DNA from: Amphiscolops sp. MND2022
Taxonomy: Eukaryota
Assembly: GCA_964187785.1 (NCBI GenBank)
Contig: OZ076409.1
Coordinates: forward strand, 88,414,001 to 88,478,000
DNA: 64,000 nt
Direction: 5' to 3'
Positions 38,001 through 53,000 of the stretch are shown here, one piece after another. The notes under the pieces are model-generated. The model did not search any database. It saw only the letters and a list, made by a program, of their open reading frames with translations, and was not told where the DNA came from. Position 1 is the first letter of the stretch, and each line of letters begins with the position of its first letter. A program made the position numbers and the translations under genes.

Positions 38001-41000
38001 TGTACATTTAATGATTCGCAAAGCTGTATTCAAGAGAGTCGAATTGCGTTGTTTGCTGACGATACTTTTCTGTACAACTTCGGACCTAAATCAATTCTGG
38101 AAGTTTTCAACGATGTTAAAAACGTACGAAGCTGGTTCACAGACAATAAATTGACTATAAACACAACTAAATGTGGATCATTTAGCTTTCGAGCTAATGA
38201 ACCTTTTCCATTTGAGGCGCGTGGTGCAGAATTTCGTTCGCAATTACATTGCAAAGATTTGGGTGTTTTTTTGGACGCTTAAACCAAATTTTAAAAAGAC
38301 ATAGAGCAAGTAACAAGAAACGCAATAAATTTGGTGGAATAGTATATGAAGTCCGTGATCGTTGCCCGCAAAAAGGTCTTATCTCATTTTATTATCCTTA
38401 TGACCAATCAGTAATTCCGTATGATCTCATCAGATATTAATTACCACAAAATGAACCGTGAGCCTATCGATAAAGCACAGGTAGAAGTGTTCAGGGCAAT
38501 TTTCTGCCTACGAAAGTGGGCTCATTACAAGACGTTTTAACGAAACAAGCATTTTTTATTATCTACCAAATGTTCATCGTCGAAATGGTGAAAGAAGTAT
38601 CAAACAATATCGATTCGAGTCACTCAGAATATACTTTGATACGACGTTGGTCGGTCATGATTACAATACTCGACGAGGAAAAAACGTCGGCTACCTCCTA
38701 CCTATGATAGGCTGGAATTGAAAAAACGATCTTCAATAAATGTACTCAGAAAAGTTAAAAATTGGCTCAGTTTACTCAAATTAATTCCTCCGGAATTGCA
38801 GAACTTCACTTCGAAACAAGTCAATAAAGCTATAAGAAACATAAATGAAGTCTACGTAATTGATAACACGGAATTATTCGAACTCTTTTTCTAATTTCAA
38901 AAAACTTGAAAACTTATTGAGAACGACGGTTTTCTTCTCTTGCTTTGTCATTTTCTGAGATATTGCTATAACGTTTGTTCTATAATAAAGCCTTCGGAAT
39001 AAATGATTGATCCTATTCTCTTCTAATATTTTCAGAATCACGTTTTTTGCATTACTTCAGTGGAAGAAGACCAAACCATTCGAACTAGAGGAGATCCAAA
39101 AAGTGCAAAAATTACACATTATCGTTTCATTACAGCATCCACCACTAAAATGACCCGAGACATTAACACATCGTTGAACACTAAACCAATTGCATTGACG
39201 CACGAATTGATTATAGCTCTCTGGTCAGTTGATGGTTCACCCGTTTTTTGACCATTTCCCTTTCAGGCCTCCAGGAGAGCCAGAGCCAGAAGATATTCCT
39301 GTGGTGATTGGTGTCTGGAACTGTCATGACTGCAGAGACAATAAAGACGACTTGAACTGCAGTGAGTGAACGAATTCTTTCTATTGTTAATTTTTCAGCG
39401 AGATCTTGACCAATACCTCGATCAATCACAAGCATTTTCCACGCGTTTGCCTTCCCGTAAAGCGATGGTTCTGAGTCTTATGACAGACTATGGTCAGCTT
39501 GGTATGCGAAAAACTCGTTGAAAACAACTCGCAGAAATTAAAGGACGGAAAACTGTCGAAAATTATCTCATCCAATAAAAATTGAGTAAAAACTCGTCTA
39601 ATAATTACTGATTACCCACAGGGACTACACAGTGCTAATAATGGAATAATTATCCTTATTGATGCATGATTTTTTTTAAACACATAATATAGCTTCTTTA
39701 TATAATTGTTTGAAATGTTTCACTTTTATAGTTTATACTTCATAATAAATAAGACCTTCACAGTACGATCACAAAATTAGCTCTAAATTTGTGTGAGATA
39801 ATTTTTTGTTCTTACGACGAGTTTTCCGCCGGAGAATATTCAGTGAGTTGTTTTCGACGAGTTTTCCAAGATTCGGTCAGCTTATTTTTGTATGGAAGGG
39901 AACCCGGGGTGCGCAACTACCATGTTTTTTCTTGAAAAATGATTTTTTTGAAAAGAAGTACCATGTCGGTAAAATCAGAAAATTCTCGACAACTAGTAAA
40001 TTTCATGATATTTCACCAGCCAATCCTTGCGACATGGACCAGGATTACATCAGCAAGTGTTACGAGCCATTCGGAAATGCCTACGACACGGACACGTGTC
40101 CTGCCACGTGTGCTGACTTGAGATCTGGCACCTGTCAGAACTTCACTGGAAGCTGCGACCACTACATGTGCGTGTGCCGAGACACGGGCTACGTGATTGG
40201 AGATGACACAACCAAGTGTGTGCGAGAAGAGGCAAGTATTCTTGGTTTTTTATTGACTTTGAATGACGATAGTGTATACTTCCTGTGCTAGTCTGCGTTA
40301 TTAGTAGGCGCCTTTTCCCTTGAGGAAAAAAGCCCGACTATTACAGTGGGTATTTTTTTTCAGCTGACAATCTCACTCTAAATGGTTCTATTTTCTTACA
40401 ATTCTTACAAACTTACAATTTCTCAATTTCTTACAATTCTTACTTAGCTTACGAAGTAGTACTTTTACATCGTCTAAGAAACTCAACGGGGCCAAAGGGT
40501 ACTCCCTTAGAGTATTTTCGGCTCTGCGAGACTTTTTTCCAAAATTTTGTATCACCGAAGGGTCACCCCTTCAATTTTTTGATATTTTCCGACAGAATGG
40601 ATGTTGAAAAACCCCAAAGGTCTCCCCTTTCAGTTTTTTGGTTTTGTGAGACTTTTTCATTTTTTTTAATAAAAGGGTCCCCAATTCACCAATACTTTGA
40701 CATTTTGAAGTCCTTTTGGTATTTTTGAGCCTTAGATATGGCGCCGACTTGGGTCGTTCCCGGCTTGTTAGTTTTAAAAAGTCGCTTTAGTCGGCGTTTT
40801 AACATCGCCGGACAATTACGTCTTTTTTTGAAACAGATACTAAGGCGATGAAACGGATAGGGCGGCCGACGTGAATTTTGTTGTCCACTCGTTTGAGCCG
40901 ACTGTGCGCTGTTTTCGGCCGTGTGAAACCAACAGCAGTGTGGAAAAAATTCAGCTAATTAATTCTTACCGGCAAAACCAATGATATATTTTGATGGATT

Positions 41001-44000
41001 CGTGACAAAACATCCGATTTAAAAACGAGACAAAACAGCCGATTTTCAAAACGAGACAAAACAGCCGATTTTCAAAACGGAACCAAACAGCCGATTTTCA
41101 AAACGGAACAAAATGAGTGCTGTTACAGCCAATATGCATGGAACTTGGTTTATTTGAAGAGGTTCATATGTGTTGTATGGCTCGGTCGCTTCGCTCCCTT
41201 CGCCAAGTAGCAACATAGAGGCATTGCCATAAGGCAGGTCGCTCCGCTTCGCTTTGCTCCTGCATTTAGCGCACTAGGGGTATGTGAACATAGCTGACTA
41301 CGTTATAATAATAATTTTATTGACTGCCCTGGTTGGAATTGCTTGAATTTTTTACATGATTTTGTAGGTTACGAAGCTAATATTCGATGATTTTCTAAAA
41401 TTCTCAAAGAAACGTCCAAACAATAAAACTTCACTGATTCAATTTATATTTATCATGCTGCCTATTTCAAGATGCATCCCAAATGTGGCGGCAATTCTGC
41501 GCCGCACAATTTGCAGGTTCATTAGGACGCCGTTCTAATTTTGAAAGCAGCTGAGACTTTCATCAATTTTACCGCGCTTTTTATGAAATAAAGTTCAGTC
41601 ACATTATATGTTTCAAACAGCGTCACATTCAGCGTGTTATTTGACTAACGGTGATTACATAAGTTATTTATTTGAGATACTTACGCGTGAAAACAAAGTG
41701 ATCACGACTGTGAAGAAGGGAAAATGTTTTCAATTTTAATTGAAAAGTGGAAACTGGATTGTAATCCTACAAAATGTTTCCATGCAGGCTCCCGGAATTT
41801 TCCATGTTTTGTAAAAAAAATAGCCTGCATGTTTCCATGCAGCATGTAAAAAGTTCAAACAAACTCGACTAGAGTGCTAGTCTTACGCATGGACAAAATC
41901 GGCGATTTTTATTTTTTTACCAATCGGCGTTTTCTATTTTTTACCAATCGGCGATTTTGTACTGTTTTGAAAGCGGCTGTTTTGTCCTATTTTGAAAATC
42001 GGCTGTTTTGTCGCGTTTAAAATCGGCTGTTTTGTCTCGCTCCCATTTTTGTTAAATTTTGGCAATATTGAAAGTAAACAGGCCATGTATAAGACGAGTA
42101 CGGGTCTTTTTCACCAGTGGCCCACCTATACCAATTTCACTTGATAAAAACCCGTTTGGCGAGAGGGGAACCTTTTGGGACTTTTAGTCGGCGCTCCATG
42201 TAGTGAAACGCGACTGTAATAGTGACTTTTTTCAATCCACACGAACTGACCAAAATAGTTCTACAAAGTTATACAAAGTTTTAAGTGGTAAAATTGTACC
42301 ATTTAACCCAGGAAACTGAACTATAATAGTTGTTTCTTTTACTAGTGTAATAGACAAAACTGGACGGGACTAAATGGTTCCCTACTTTCGATTTTTTTCA
42401 GTGCTGAAACTTTTTCCAATGTTTTTTTAATGTCTCCAAAAGGTCCCTTCAATTTTTTTCATTTTTGAAATTTTGCAACAGAATGGATGTTGAAAAAGCC
42501 TAATGGGTCCCCCTTTTACATTCTCAGCACTATGAGACAGTTCGAAAAACTCAAAATTGAAGGGTGACCCTTTAGAGACACGAAAAAGTTCTCGAGAGAC
42601 AGACGAAAAAAGTTTCAGTGCCGAAAAAAATTTGGAATGGGGACCCTTTAATCTCAATCGGGTTTGTATGTTACGCTAAAGAAGGAACAACTCTTATAGT
42701 TCAGTTCCCTGGGTCAAATGGTACATTTTGGCAGGAAAAACGGATCGAGCTGATCGAAAGAAACAAACCCAAGTACAGATAAAAGCATTTGTAACTTGCA
42801 CAAATTAAAAACCCCGTCATTTAAGAGTACAAAGACTTTCAAACGCATCCAATTTTCCCATCAAGAAACTTTTGAGTTTGGCTACTAAGTCTTTCCTCTC
42901 TCATGAAACATGCATCGAATTTTTATCTATCGAATCTAACTTGAAAGAAGAGTTTTTGCAGTGATAAGAAACGCATTCAGCGCTGTTGTCTGCTTGATCT
43001 ATAAAAGTGAAATTAATGGATATATGTTTCCTATTTGATCATTTAAAAATTAGGTATTTATGCAAGATTTTTTGCAGCGAAAATGTGTCATTAAATTGAA
43101 GTGCTAAAAGACATCACAAATGAGACTTTATTGTTGAATCGTTTCTGGAGCGAACCAAAAATTGGAATTTAACTCTAAATGAAATTTGAAACAAGCCGCG
43201 AACGGCCAAAGTCGGCGCTATATCTAAGGCTCAAAATTGTAAAGGGGGGGGGGACTCTTCGGCTTTTGTGAAACTCCAGTTGGTTGGAAAATATGAAAAA
43301 AAGTTAAAGGAGGACCCTTGGGAGATTTTGAAAAACTTCCGAAAAAAATTTTAAAATGAGATTTTTGAACAGTGTCGCAGTGCCGAAAAATGTAAAAGGG
43401 GGGACCCTTTGGGATTTTTTGACATCCATTGTGTTGCAAAATATCGAAACAAACGAAGGGGAGACCCTTTGGTGCAATCAAAAAAACTTCAAAAAAAAGT
43501 CGCATAGTGCCGAAAAAAATCAGAGTGAAAAACACCAAAGGGGGGATCCTATGTTTTCGAGGATCTGGACGTCGATGTTTTTGCTTTGAAGAGGTTCTGG
43601 TGTTTCGAGTATGTTTTGGAAGGAAGTCCGTAGTCCATGTTGATGATGTTGAACAAATGAACAAAAAGTGGACCAATCGCGTTGAATTGACGAAAAAAAC
43701 TGTAAGAGTCGTGCATTTTCTTCGAAGACTAAAAAAAACGACAAGAAGTGTTAAGTCTTAAAGTGCCGAAAAAACGACCAACGGTGCGCTCCCAAAATCC
43801 AATTGTAAGAACAAACATCAGAAATGATTGAGTTCAACAGTTGGACAATAATTGGACACACTTCCTAGATGTGCATTTTTCTCATTAGACCTGTATTATA
43901 TCGCATCACGAAAGCTAAGTTGAAAATGTATGAATGTTGTTAGAATTGAAGAGAAGCAAAACTTCGATACTGCTTAGAATCGAATCCTCTCACTCTTCCT

Positions 44001-47000
44001 GGCGAGACGTAATAATGTTCGGAGAAAATGAAATACTTCGGATATAGCCCGTTCAATAAATGCGTAACTGAAAACGCTATTAGTATAATTCCATATAAAA
44101 TTTTAAATATAAAAAATTTTCAACAATTGTTAACTTTGGACCTCGTCTTCTTTATTGCAATGTATAGTTCAATTAGGAAACAAGAAGTTGTTAGTCCTAC
44201 GCGTGATTTGAACCGGCTAACTCCTGTTTCCAGTCGAAGCTTGCTAAACATTAGGCTAAGTGGTGGGATTGATGTCAGTAGTTTCAGTAGTTTCTTGCAA
44301 AAATTGTTGAAAAGAAATGAGAACAGAACCGAGCTGGAATTGAAAAGCATGATAACTCTCGTGACTCTTCAATCGAGCATGCCGATGAAAACTTTTGTGA
44401 AGTTTTAGTGTATATTCCTTTTTGATGTTGAAGAGAACACATTTTAGACAGCTCTGAGCTACGTGATTTTTGTTTCAGTCTTGCTCCTGTGAAAATCCAA
44501 AAACAACAACAACTATTGCTACAACACCAACAACGCCTACAATTTCAACAAGTATGACGACTGTAACATTGACGCCATATGTGTCTCCTACTATTTTGAC
44601 AACAAGCCCTCCAGGTGGTTCAACGACTACTCCGAATGTTGCCTCAACCACACCTCCTGCTGGTGGATCAACTACACCTTCACCAGGTGGATCAACTACG
44701 CCTCCTGCTGGTGGATCAACGACACCTCCTGCTGGTGGCTCAACCACACCTCCTGCTGGTGGCTCCACAACGCCTCCCGCTGGTGGATCAACTACACCTT
44801 CACCTGGTGGATCAACGACACCCCCTGCTGGTGGATCAACGACACCTCCTGCTGGTGGCTCAACTACACCTCCTGCTGGTGGCTCCACAACACCCCCTGC
44901 TGGTGGCTCCACAACACCTCCTGGTGGTGGCTCAACAACACCTCCGGCTGGTGGATCAACAACTCCTTCACCTGGTGGCTCAACAACACCTCCTGCTGGT
45001 GGCTCAACGACACCTCCTGCTGGTGGCTCAACTACACCTCCTGCTGGTGGATCGACAACTCCTTCACCGGGCGGATCAACTACACCTCCTGCTGGTGGAT
45101 CAACTACGCCTCCCGCTGGTGGCTCCACAACGCCTCCTGCTGGTGGATCAACGACACCTCCTGCTGGTGGCTCAACCACACCTCCTGCTGGTGGCTCCAC
45201 AACGCCTTCACCTGGTGGATCAACGACACCCCCTGCTGGTGGATCAACGACACCTCCTGCTGGTGGCTCAACCACACCTCCTGCTGGTGGATCAACTACA
45301 CCCCCTGCTGGTGGCTCAACGACACCTCCTGCTGGTGGCTCAACTACACCTCCTGCTGGTGGATCGACAACTCCTTCACCGGGCGGATCAACTACACCTC
45401 CTGCTGGTGGATCAACTACGCCTCCCGCTGGTGGCTCCACAACGCCTCCTGCTGGTGGATCAACGACACCTCCTGCTGGTGGCTCAACCACACCTCCTGC
45501 TGGTGGCTCCACAACGCCTTCACCTGGTGGATCAACGACACCCCCTGCTGGTGGATCAACGACACCTCCTGTTGGTGGCTCAACCACACCTCCTGCTGGT
45601 GGATCAACTACACCCCCTGCTGGTGGCTCCACAACACCTCCTGGTGGCTCAACCACACCTCCTGCTGGTGGATCAACGACACCTCCTGCTGGTGGATCAA
45701 CAACTCCTTCACCTGGTGGCTCAACCACACCTCCTGCTGGTGGATCAACGACACCTCCTGCTGGTGGATCAACAAATCCTTCACCTGGTGGCTCAACGAC
45801 ACCTCCTGCTGGTGGCTCAACGACGCCTCCTGCTGGTGGATCAACAACACCTCCTGTTGGTGGCTCAACAACACCTTCACCTGGCGGATCAACTACTCCT
45901 CCTGCTGGTGGATCAACGACACCTCCCGCTGGTGGATCAACGACACCTCCCGCTGGTGGATCAACAACACCTCCTGCTGGTGGATCAACAACTCCTTCAC
46001 CTGGTGGCTCAACCACACCTCCTGCTGGTGGATCAACGACACCTCCTGCTGGTGGATCAACAACTCCTTCACCTGGTGGCTCAACCACACCTCCTGCTGG
46101 TGGATCAACGACACCTCCTGCTGGTGGATCAACAACTCCTCCTGCTGGCGGTTCAACGACACCCCCTGCTGGTGGCTCAACAACCCCTCCTGCTGGTGGA
46201 TCAACAACTCCTTCACCTGGTGGCTCAACGACACCTCCTGCTGGTGGATCAACGACACCTCCTGCTGGAGGATCAACAACTCCTCCTGCTGGCGGTTCAA
46301 CGACACCCCCTGCTGGTGGCTCAACAACACCTCCTGCTGGTGGATCAACAACTCCTTCACCTGGTGGCTCAACGACACCTCCCGCTGGTGGATCAACAAC
46401 ACCCCCTGCTGGCGGCTCAACAACGCCTCCTGCTGGTGGCTCCACAACACCTCCTGCTGGTGGCTCCACAACACCTCCTGCTGGTGGATCGACAACACCC
46501 TCACCGGGCGGATCAACTACACCCCCTGCTGGTGGCTCAACGACGCCTCCTGCTGGTGGCTCCACAACACCTCCTGCTGGTAGATCAACGACACCTCCTG
46601 CTGGTGGCTCCACAACGCCTTCACCCGGTGGATCTACAACACCTCCTGCTGGTGGCTCAACGACACCTCCTCCCGGTGGATCAACTACACCCCCTGCTGG
46701 TGGCTCAACTACACCTCCTGCTGGTGGATCAACTACACCTCCTGCTGGTGGATCAACTACACCTCCCGCTGGTGGCTCAACGACACCTTCACCTGGCGGA
46801 TCAACTACTCCTCCTGCTGGTGGATCAACGACACCTCCTGCGGGTGGTTCAACGACACCTCCTGCTGGTGGCTCAACGACACCTCCTGCTGGTGGCTCAA
46901 CGACACCTCCAGGTGGATCAACTACACCCCCCGCTGGTGGCTCAACTACACCTCCTGCTGGTGAATCAACAACACCTCCTGCTGGTGGATCAACTACACC

Positions 47001-50000
47001 TCCTGCTGGTGGCTCAACGACACCATCACCTGGCGGATCAACTACTCCTCCTGCTGGTGGCTCAACGACACCTCCTGCTGGTGGATCAACGACACCTCCT
47101 GCTGGTGGCTCAACGACACCTCCTGCTGGTGGATCGACAACTTCACCTGTGGCACCGACGACGTCCTATTCGGGACCTACACCCACAACACCCGAAAGAA
47201 CAACCAGATGGTCCACTGGAACAACGAAGTTTACAACATCTACGCTTTCAAAGGGGACCACATCTTCGCTGTCCTTCTCAAGTTTTGTGTCAACAAGTAC
47301 TATGATGCCTCCTAAGTGTTATGACGCACCACGTTGCGAATGCTGGTTAGGCTTTTTTTAAATTATAGCTTGAGAGTTGTTTGGTTTGAAAAAACCAAGA
47401 CTGTGAACACAAAATTGGTTCTATCATCATAATATTTTTGGAAGTTTTCTAAATCTTCCAAAAGATTGTGTCATCTCTTTTTAGAGCCTTGCTGAATTGA
47501 GTAATCGCTAAACCATATCACAAGGTCCAACTGTCAAGAAGTTCTGGAACTTTTTCAGCTATTAGTATTTTGTGTCTTTATGGTGTATGGTGAAATGATC
47601 ACAGGTTTTTTGGTGATAGAAAAATCAAAAATGTCCTTTCAAGCCCAAAGGGTGCCGTATATTTGAGTTTATTCGGCACTATGTGATTTTTTTAAAAAAA
47701 AGATTCCTTTTCGACGCTTTGAAATACTTTCGCTATTTCTGATTTATGAGCGGGGTGCCGACTTATGCCACTCCCGACTTGTTTTTCTTCCGATCGAGAA
47801 TGGGTACAATTCTTCATTATTCAGCTTTCATGGTCCCTTTTTCAGTGAGTTGTCGCTCCGTTTTTTAGTTGGCGCCTTTTCACTTAAGGAAAAAAGCCCG
47901 ACTATTACAGTGGGTAGTTTTTAGTCGGCGCCTTTTCCCTTAAGGAAAAAAGCCCGACTCTTACAGTGAGTAGTTTTTTTTGTTTTTTTCAGTTGACAAT
48001 CTCACTCTGAGTGGTCCACTTTTCTTACAATCTTTGTTCACATTTGTTCACATTTGTTCAACTAATTTTCTGAGAAGCAGAGGATCGTGGGTTCGATTCT
48101 CGCACTAAACCACAAATTTTTTATGCTTCCAAAAGTAGATGCGAGACCAAAGCTTTGTTTCGTTTCGTTTGATTTTTTTCGTTTTTTTTCATCACTATGC
48201 GACTTTTTTTTCGAAAATTTTCGGAATCTATCAATTGCATTTTTTTTGAAGTTTTCGGTTTGTAAAAACGTTTAATGAGCCTGAATGGCCTCTTTTTGAG
48301 TTTTTCGGCATTGTGCGACTTTCTAAAAAAATACTTTTTTTCGAAAAAAAATTTCAATTTTTTTTTGAAAAAAATAATTTTTCCAAATGTTTCCAATAGT
48401 TGTTCCTTGAATATTTTTGAGCCTAAGATATGGCGCCGACTTGGGACGTTCCCGTCTTGTTTTTCTTTTTCAGCTGACAATCTCACTCTGAATGGTCCAC
48501 TTTTTACAATTTTCATGATCCACTAACTTCCACACTTGTAACTTCTACTGGCACTTGGCATAGAGGTTACGGGTTTTTTGAGGTCTGTCAAGCAGAAGGA
48601 CGTGGGTTCGAGTCCAACATTGACCAAAAATTTTTTGTGCAGGTTTTTTTCGGCTTTGTTATACTTTTTTTCGCAAATTTTTTTAATGTCTCCAAAGGGT
48701 CTCCCCTTCATTTTTTCCTATTTTGTAAAAGAATGGATGTTCAAAAACTCCCAAAGGCCCCCTTTTACATTTTTCGGCACTATGCGACTTACCGGAGACC
48801 AAAAAAAATTGAAAAAAAATTCAAAGAAAAATCGGAATTTTTTCCAATTTTTTTCTCACCCGGGTACTGTAGAAGAGAATACTTGACACATTGAAGTCCT
48901 TTTGCTATTTTTGAGCCTTAGATATGGCGCCGACTTGGGCCGTTCCCGGCTTGTTAGTTTGCGCATTTTGTGAGAAAATGTGCCCCAATGTTACAGTGAC
49001 TATTTTTAGTCAGCTCATTTCAAGCTCGTTTTTTCGTCAGATAACATAATGTATGCGTAGTGCACACTTTTTACAGAACTACTAAAGTACCGGCCAACGA
49101 CATGCCTTCAAAGGGTCCCCTTCAATTTTTTGGAAATATTCTGCAACAAACTGGATTTACAATTTTAAAAACTTTGCGCTTTTTGAGCCTTAGATGTAGC
49201 GCCGACTTTAGACGCTCCTGTCTTGTTTGTTTTTAGCTCGTAAAACCACAGAATGTATGCGAATGGTCCACATGATAACAGAATTTAGACGTTTTTCAAG
49301 CCGCCAGTAGCCATGCACTCTTCCCAAGCAGTTGGCCGTCAATTCGACGCGTGACGAGGACTTAAAATCTTTATTTGCAAAGCTTGACGTTTCAAAGCGT
49401 CATCGTTTGCGTTTTTTTCAGAAGTATGCAACTTTTTTGAAAATTTTCATTCCACCAAAGGTCCCCGTTTTCAGTTTTTCCGGTGTTTCAACTTCCAAAG
49501 GCTTTTTTCAAGTCTAAAAGTTCCCATCTTTGGCGTTTTTGACATTTTGCGGCTTTTCTCGAAAAATGTTTCATTAATTTGGGTACTTTTTGACGTTTTC
49601 ATTGTAAGAAAAAGGGCTTAAAGCCACAGGTCGCTCAGATCCACAGAAATGCCAACGAAGGTAGGACCCAACTTTCAGCTATCTTTTTCATTTTCCCCTA
49701 TGTCAAGTTTCGATAAAAGTTTCAAAAACTTTTCTGAATTTTTCTAGATGAAGTTGTAATGATATGGTTTTTTCTCTACTGGATAGTCCTCTTGTTGAAC
49801 CTGAATTAAGTTGCCAGCGTCTGCTAGTCCCGGTGTTGTGTTGTTTTCAATTGGTATCCGAGAATGTAGAAGTTGTTGTTCCTTCCTTCGGTGGGATGTC
49901 GTTTTCAAATGCGATGTTTTTGTTACTTCGAATGTTCCTATCCATTCTAAATCAAACAGTGGTGTTGAATGAGTCCTTCCGGCGAAATGTATAAATTCTT

Positions 50001-53000
50001 CTGTTTAATGATTCCATTTTCCACCATTCCCGTATTTTCCCAAAAAACCATTTCATTTTTGTTCTCGTCTCTATATAGGATTGTCACTTTCTGCTCTCCG
50101 GTTTTGTTTTTTGTTCGTTCTGCAGTTTTATTGTTACCGATGAAGAAAAAAACATTCATCTCGAGTGTCGTGTTTTGAGATTTGCGTGAAGTGTCTTCCT
50201 TCTTTCAATGTCATCTTTTGTAAACCATCGTCTTAGTTCTTCATGTTCAATAGTTTTCTGTTGCTTTTTCTCCTGATAGCCGTACGATTTCAGACTTTTT
50301 GACGTTTTTTGCCAGCATCTCCAACCAAAGCGGCTTCTCCTGCGGTCGTTGCAAGTTGCTTCGAGGGTTCTGTGAACAGGATTTTGTGAAGGGTTCCAGG
50401 TGGTTGCAGCACAGAGTCAACAATTTTCCATTCTATATTTTTTCTCAATCTCTTGAAAGAAAAACGAAAATAAAGAATGGAATCCGTTGACGCTGTGCTG
50501 CACCCACCAGACAAGCAAAAACCGTCGAAAAATGTCGTGTCGTACCTTATATGGCTATTGGAGTAGATTTTCTTCAACAAAAAATTAGAACCCATGCAAA
50601 ACCCCTGCTTCTGGGACCTCAGAAAATCCAAGTTAACTTCTATACCAAGTGGCAGTTAGAAGACACAAGTTACTATCAGCTTATAAAATTTTATGTCAGC
50701 TCGTTGGTCTTAAAAAAACCACCACTATAGTCTGCTCTTTCTTCGAAAGCGCCTACTAAAAACCAGGGAGGTTTAGGCACAACCGAGCTTGATCACGGCA
50801 ACATTGCAAAGAACTCGGTAAAATTTTAAGCTTTGACAGTTTACCTTCAATCTTTGTTAAGGACTTACAACTGCTGGGCATTTTTTAAACTGTGTTCATC
50901 TTTACCAATAAGTGAAGGCTAGTTTAATGCAGGATAGAAGAAGAGGTGCACGCTTTAAAAAATTCCCAAAAACTTTTCACTGCACTACTATCGAAATTAG
51001 GTCATCAATAGTTTTTTGAGATAAATTGAAGATTCATTGATTGAGAGAATGAAACGATGAAGGCACTGCTCCGAATTCTTTGTTTAACCGGACGCATTTT
51101 GGGTGAAAGATGAATTGGATATTTGAAGAAATAAAACTTTGAAATTTTAGTCGATCCTTTCACGCAGCTCGAACGTTTATTTTAGCAAATGCTACAAAGG
51201 TCAGTACAGTGACTGCGAGCCAAACTATGAAACGGAAGGATGTGAAACAACAACAACATCAACCACATCAACAACAACATCTGAAACAACATCTTCGACA
51301 TCGACATCACCGACAACATCCTCAACATCTGAAACAACGTCGTCTACATCTTCAACAACGTCGTCTACATCTCCAACAACGTCATCAACATCACCCACAA
51401 CTTCATCAACATCACCAACGACGTCATCTACATCTCTGACTACTTCGTCAACGTCTCCCACTACCAGCCAAACAACAACTTCACCAACCACTTCTCACTC
51501 AACTTCGAGCACGACATCTCATTCAACTTCGTCAACATCACAGACTACTTCAAGTACGTCTCCAACAACATCATCGACATCACCAACAACGTCCTCAACG
51601 TCTCAAACAACATCTTCCACATCTCCAACAACGTCGTCGACATCTCTAACAACTTCATCTACATCTCCAACAACTTCTTCAACGTCACCTACAACTTCAT
51701 CAACATCACCAACAACGTCATCTACATCTCTGACGACTTCGTCAACGTCTCCCACTACCAGCCAAACAACCATTTCACCAACCACTTCTCACTCAACTTC
51801 GAGCACGACATCTCATTCAACTTCGTCAACATCACAGACTACTTCAACCACGTCTCCAACAACATCATCGACATCACCAACAACGTCCTCAACGTCTCAA
51901 ACAACATCTTCTACTTCTCCAACAACGTCGTCTACATCTCCAACAACTTCATCAACATCACCCACAACTTCATCAACATCACCAACAACGTCATCTACAT
52001 CTCTGACTACTTCGTCAACGTCTCCCACTACTAGCCAAACAACAACTTCACCAACCACTTCTCACTCAACTTCGAGCACGACATCTCATTCAACTTCGTC
52101 AACATCACAAACTACTTCAAGTACGTCTCCAACAACATCATCGACATCACCAACAACGTCCTCAACGTCTCAAACAACATCTTCCACATCTCAAACAACG
52201 TCGTCTACATCTCCAACAACGTCACCTACAACTTCATCAACATCACCAACAACGTCATCTACATCTCTGACTACTTCGTCAACGTCTCCCACTACCAGCC
52301 AAACAACAACTTCACCAACCACTTCTCACTCAACTTCGAGCACGACATCTCATTCAACTTCGTCAACATCACCAACTACTTCAAGTACGTCTCCAACAAC
52401 GTCCTCAACGTCTCAAACAACATCTTCCACATCTCCAACCACGTCGTCTACATCTCCAACAACTTCATCAACGTCACCAACAACGTCATCTACATCTCTG
52501 ACTACTTCGTCAACGTCTCCCACTACTAGCCAAACAACAACTTCACAAACTACTTCTCACTCAACTTCGAGCACGACATCTCATTCAACTTCATCAACAT
52601 CACAGACTACTTCAAGTACGTCTCCATCAACATCATCGACATCACCAACAACGTCCTCAACGTCTCAAACAACATCTTCCACATCTCAAACAACATCGTC
52701 TACATCTCCAACAACGTCATCTACGTCACCTACAACTTCATCAACATCACCAACAACGTCATCTACATCTCTGACGACTTCGTCAACGTCTCCCACTACC
52801 AGCCAAACAACAACTTCACCAACCACTTCTCACTCAACTTCGAGCACGACATCTCATTCAACTTCGTCAACATCACAGACTACTTCAACCACGTCTCCAA
52901 CAACATCATCGACATCACCAACAACGTCCTCAACGTCTCAAACAACATCTTCTACTTCTCCAACAACGTCGTCTACATCTCCAACAACTTCATCAACATC

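Noticed and set aside
39036..39150. Possible mucin exon after ttttcag at 39035
   Set aside because: The required frame hits a stop; the exon at 39267-39361 fits the phases instead.
44475..47305. 712-aa minus-strand ORF and 896-aa alternative-frame ORF over the PPAGGSTT array
   Set aside because: Shadow frames of a stop-poor tandem repeat; only the frame with splice sites and flanking Cys modules fits the gene.
43224..50631. Lys/Phe-rich short ORFs in introns (43224-43761 and 48087-50631)
   Set aside because: They derive from AT-rich dispersed repeats; no protein motifs.
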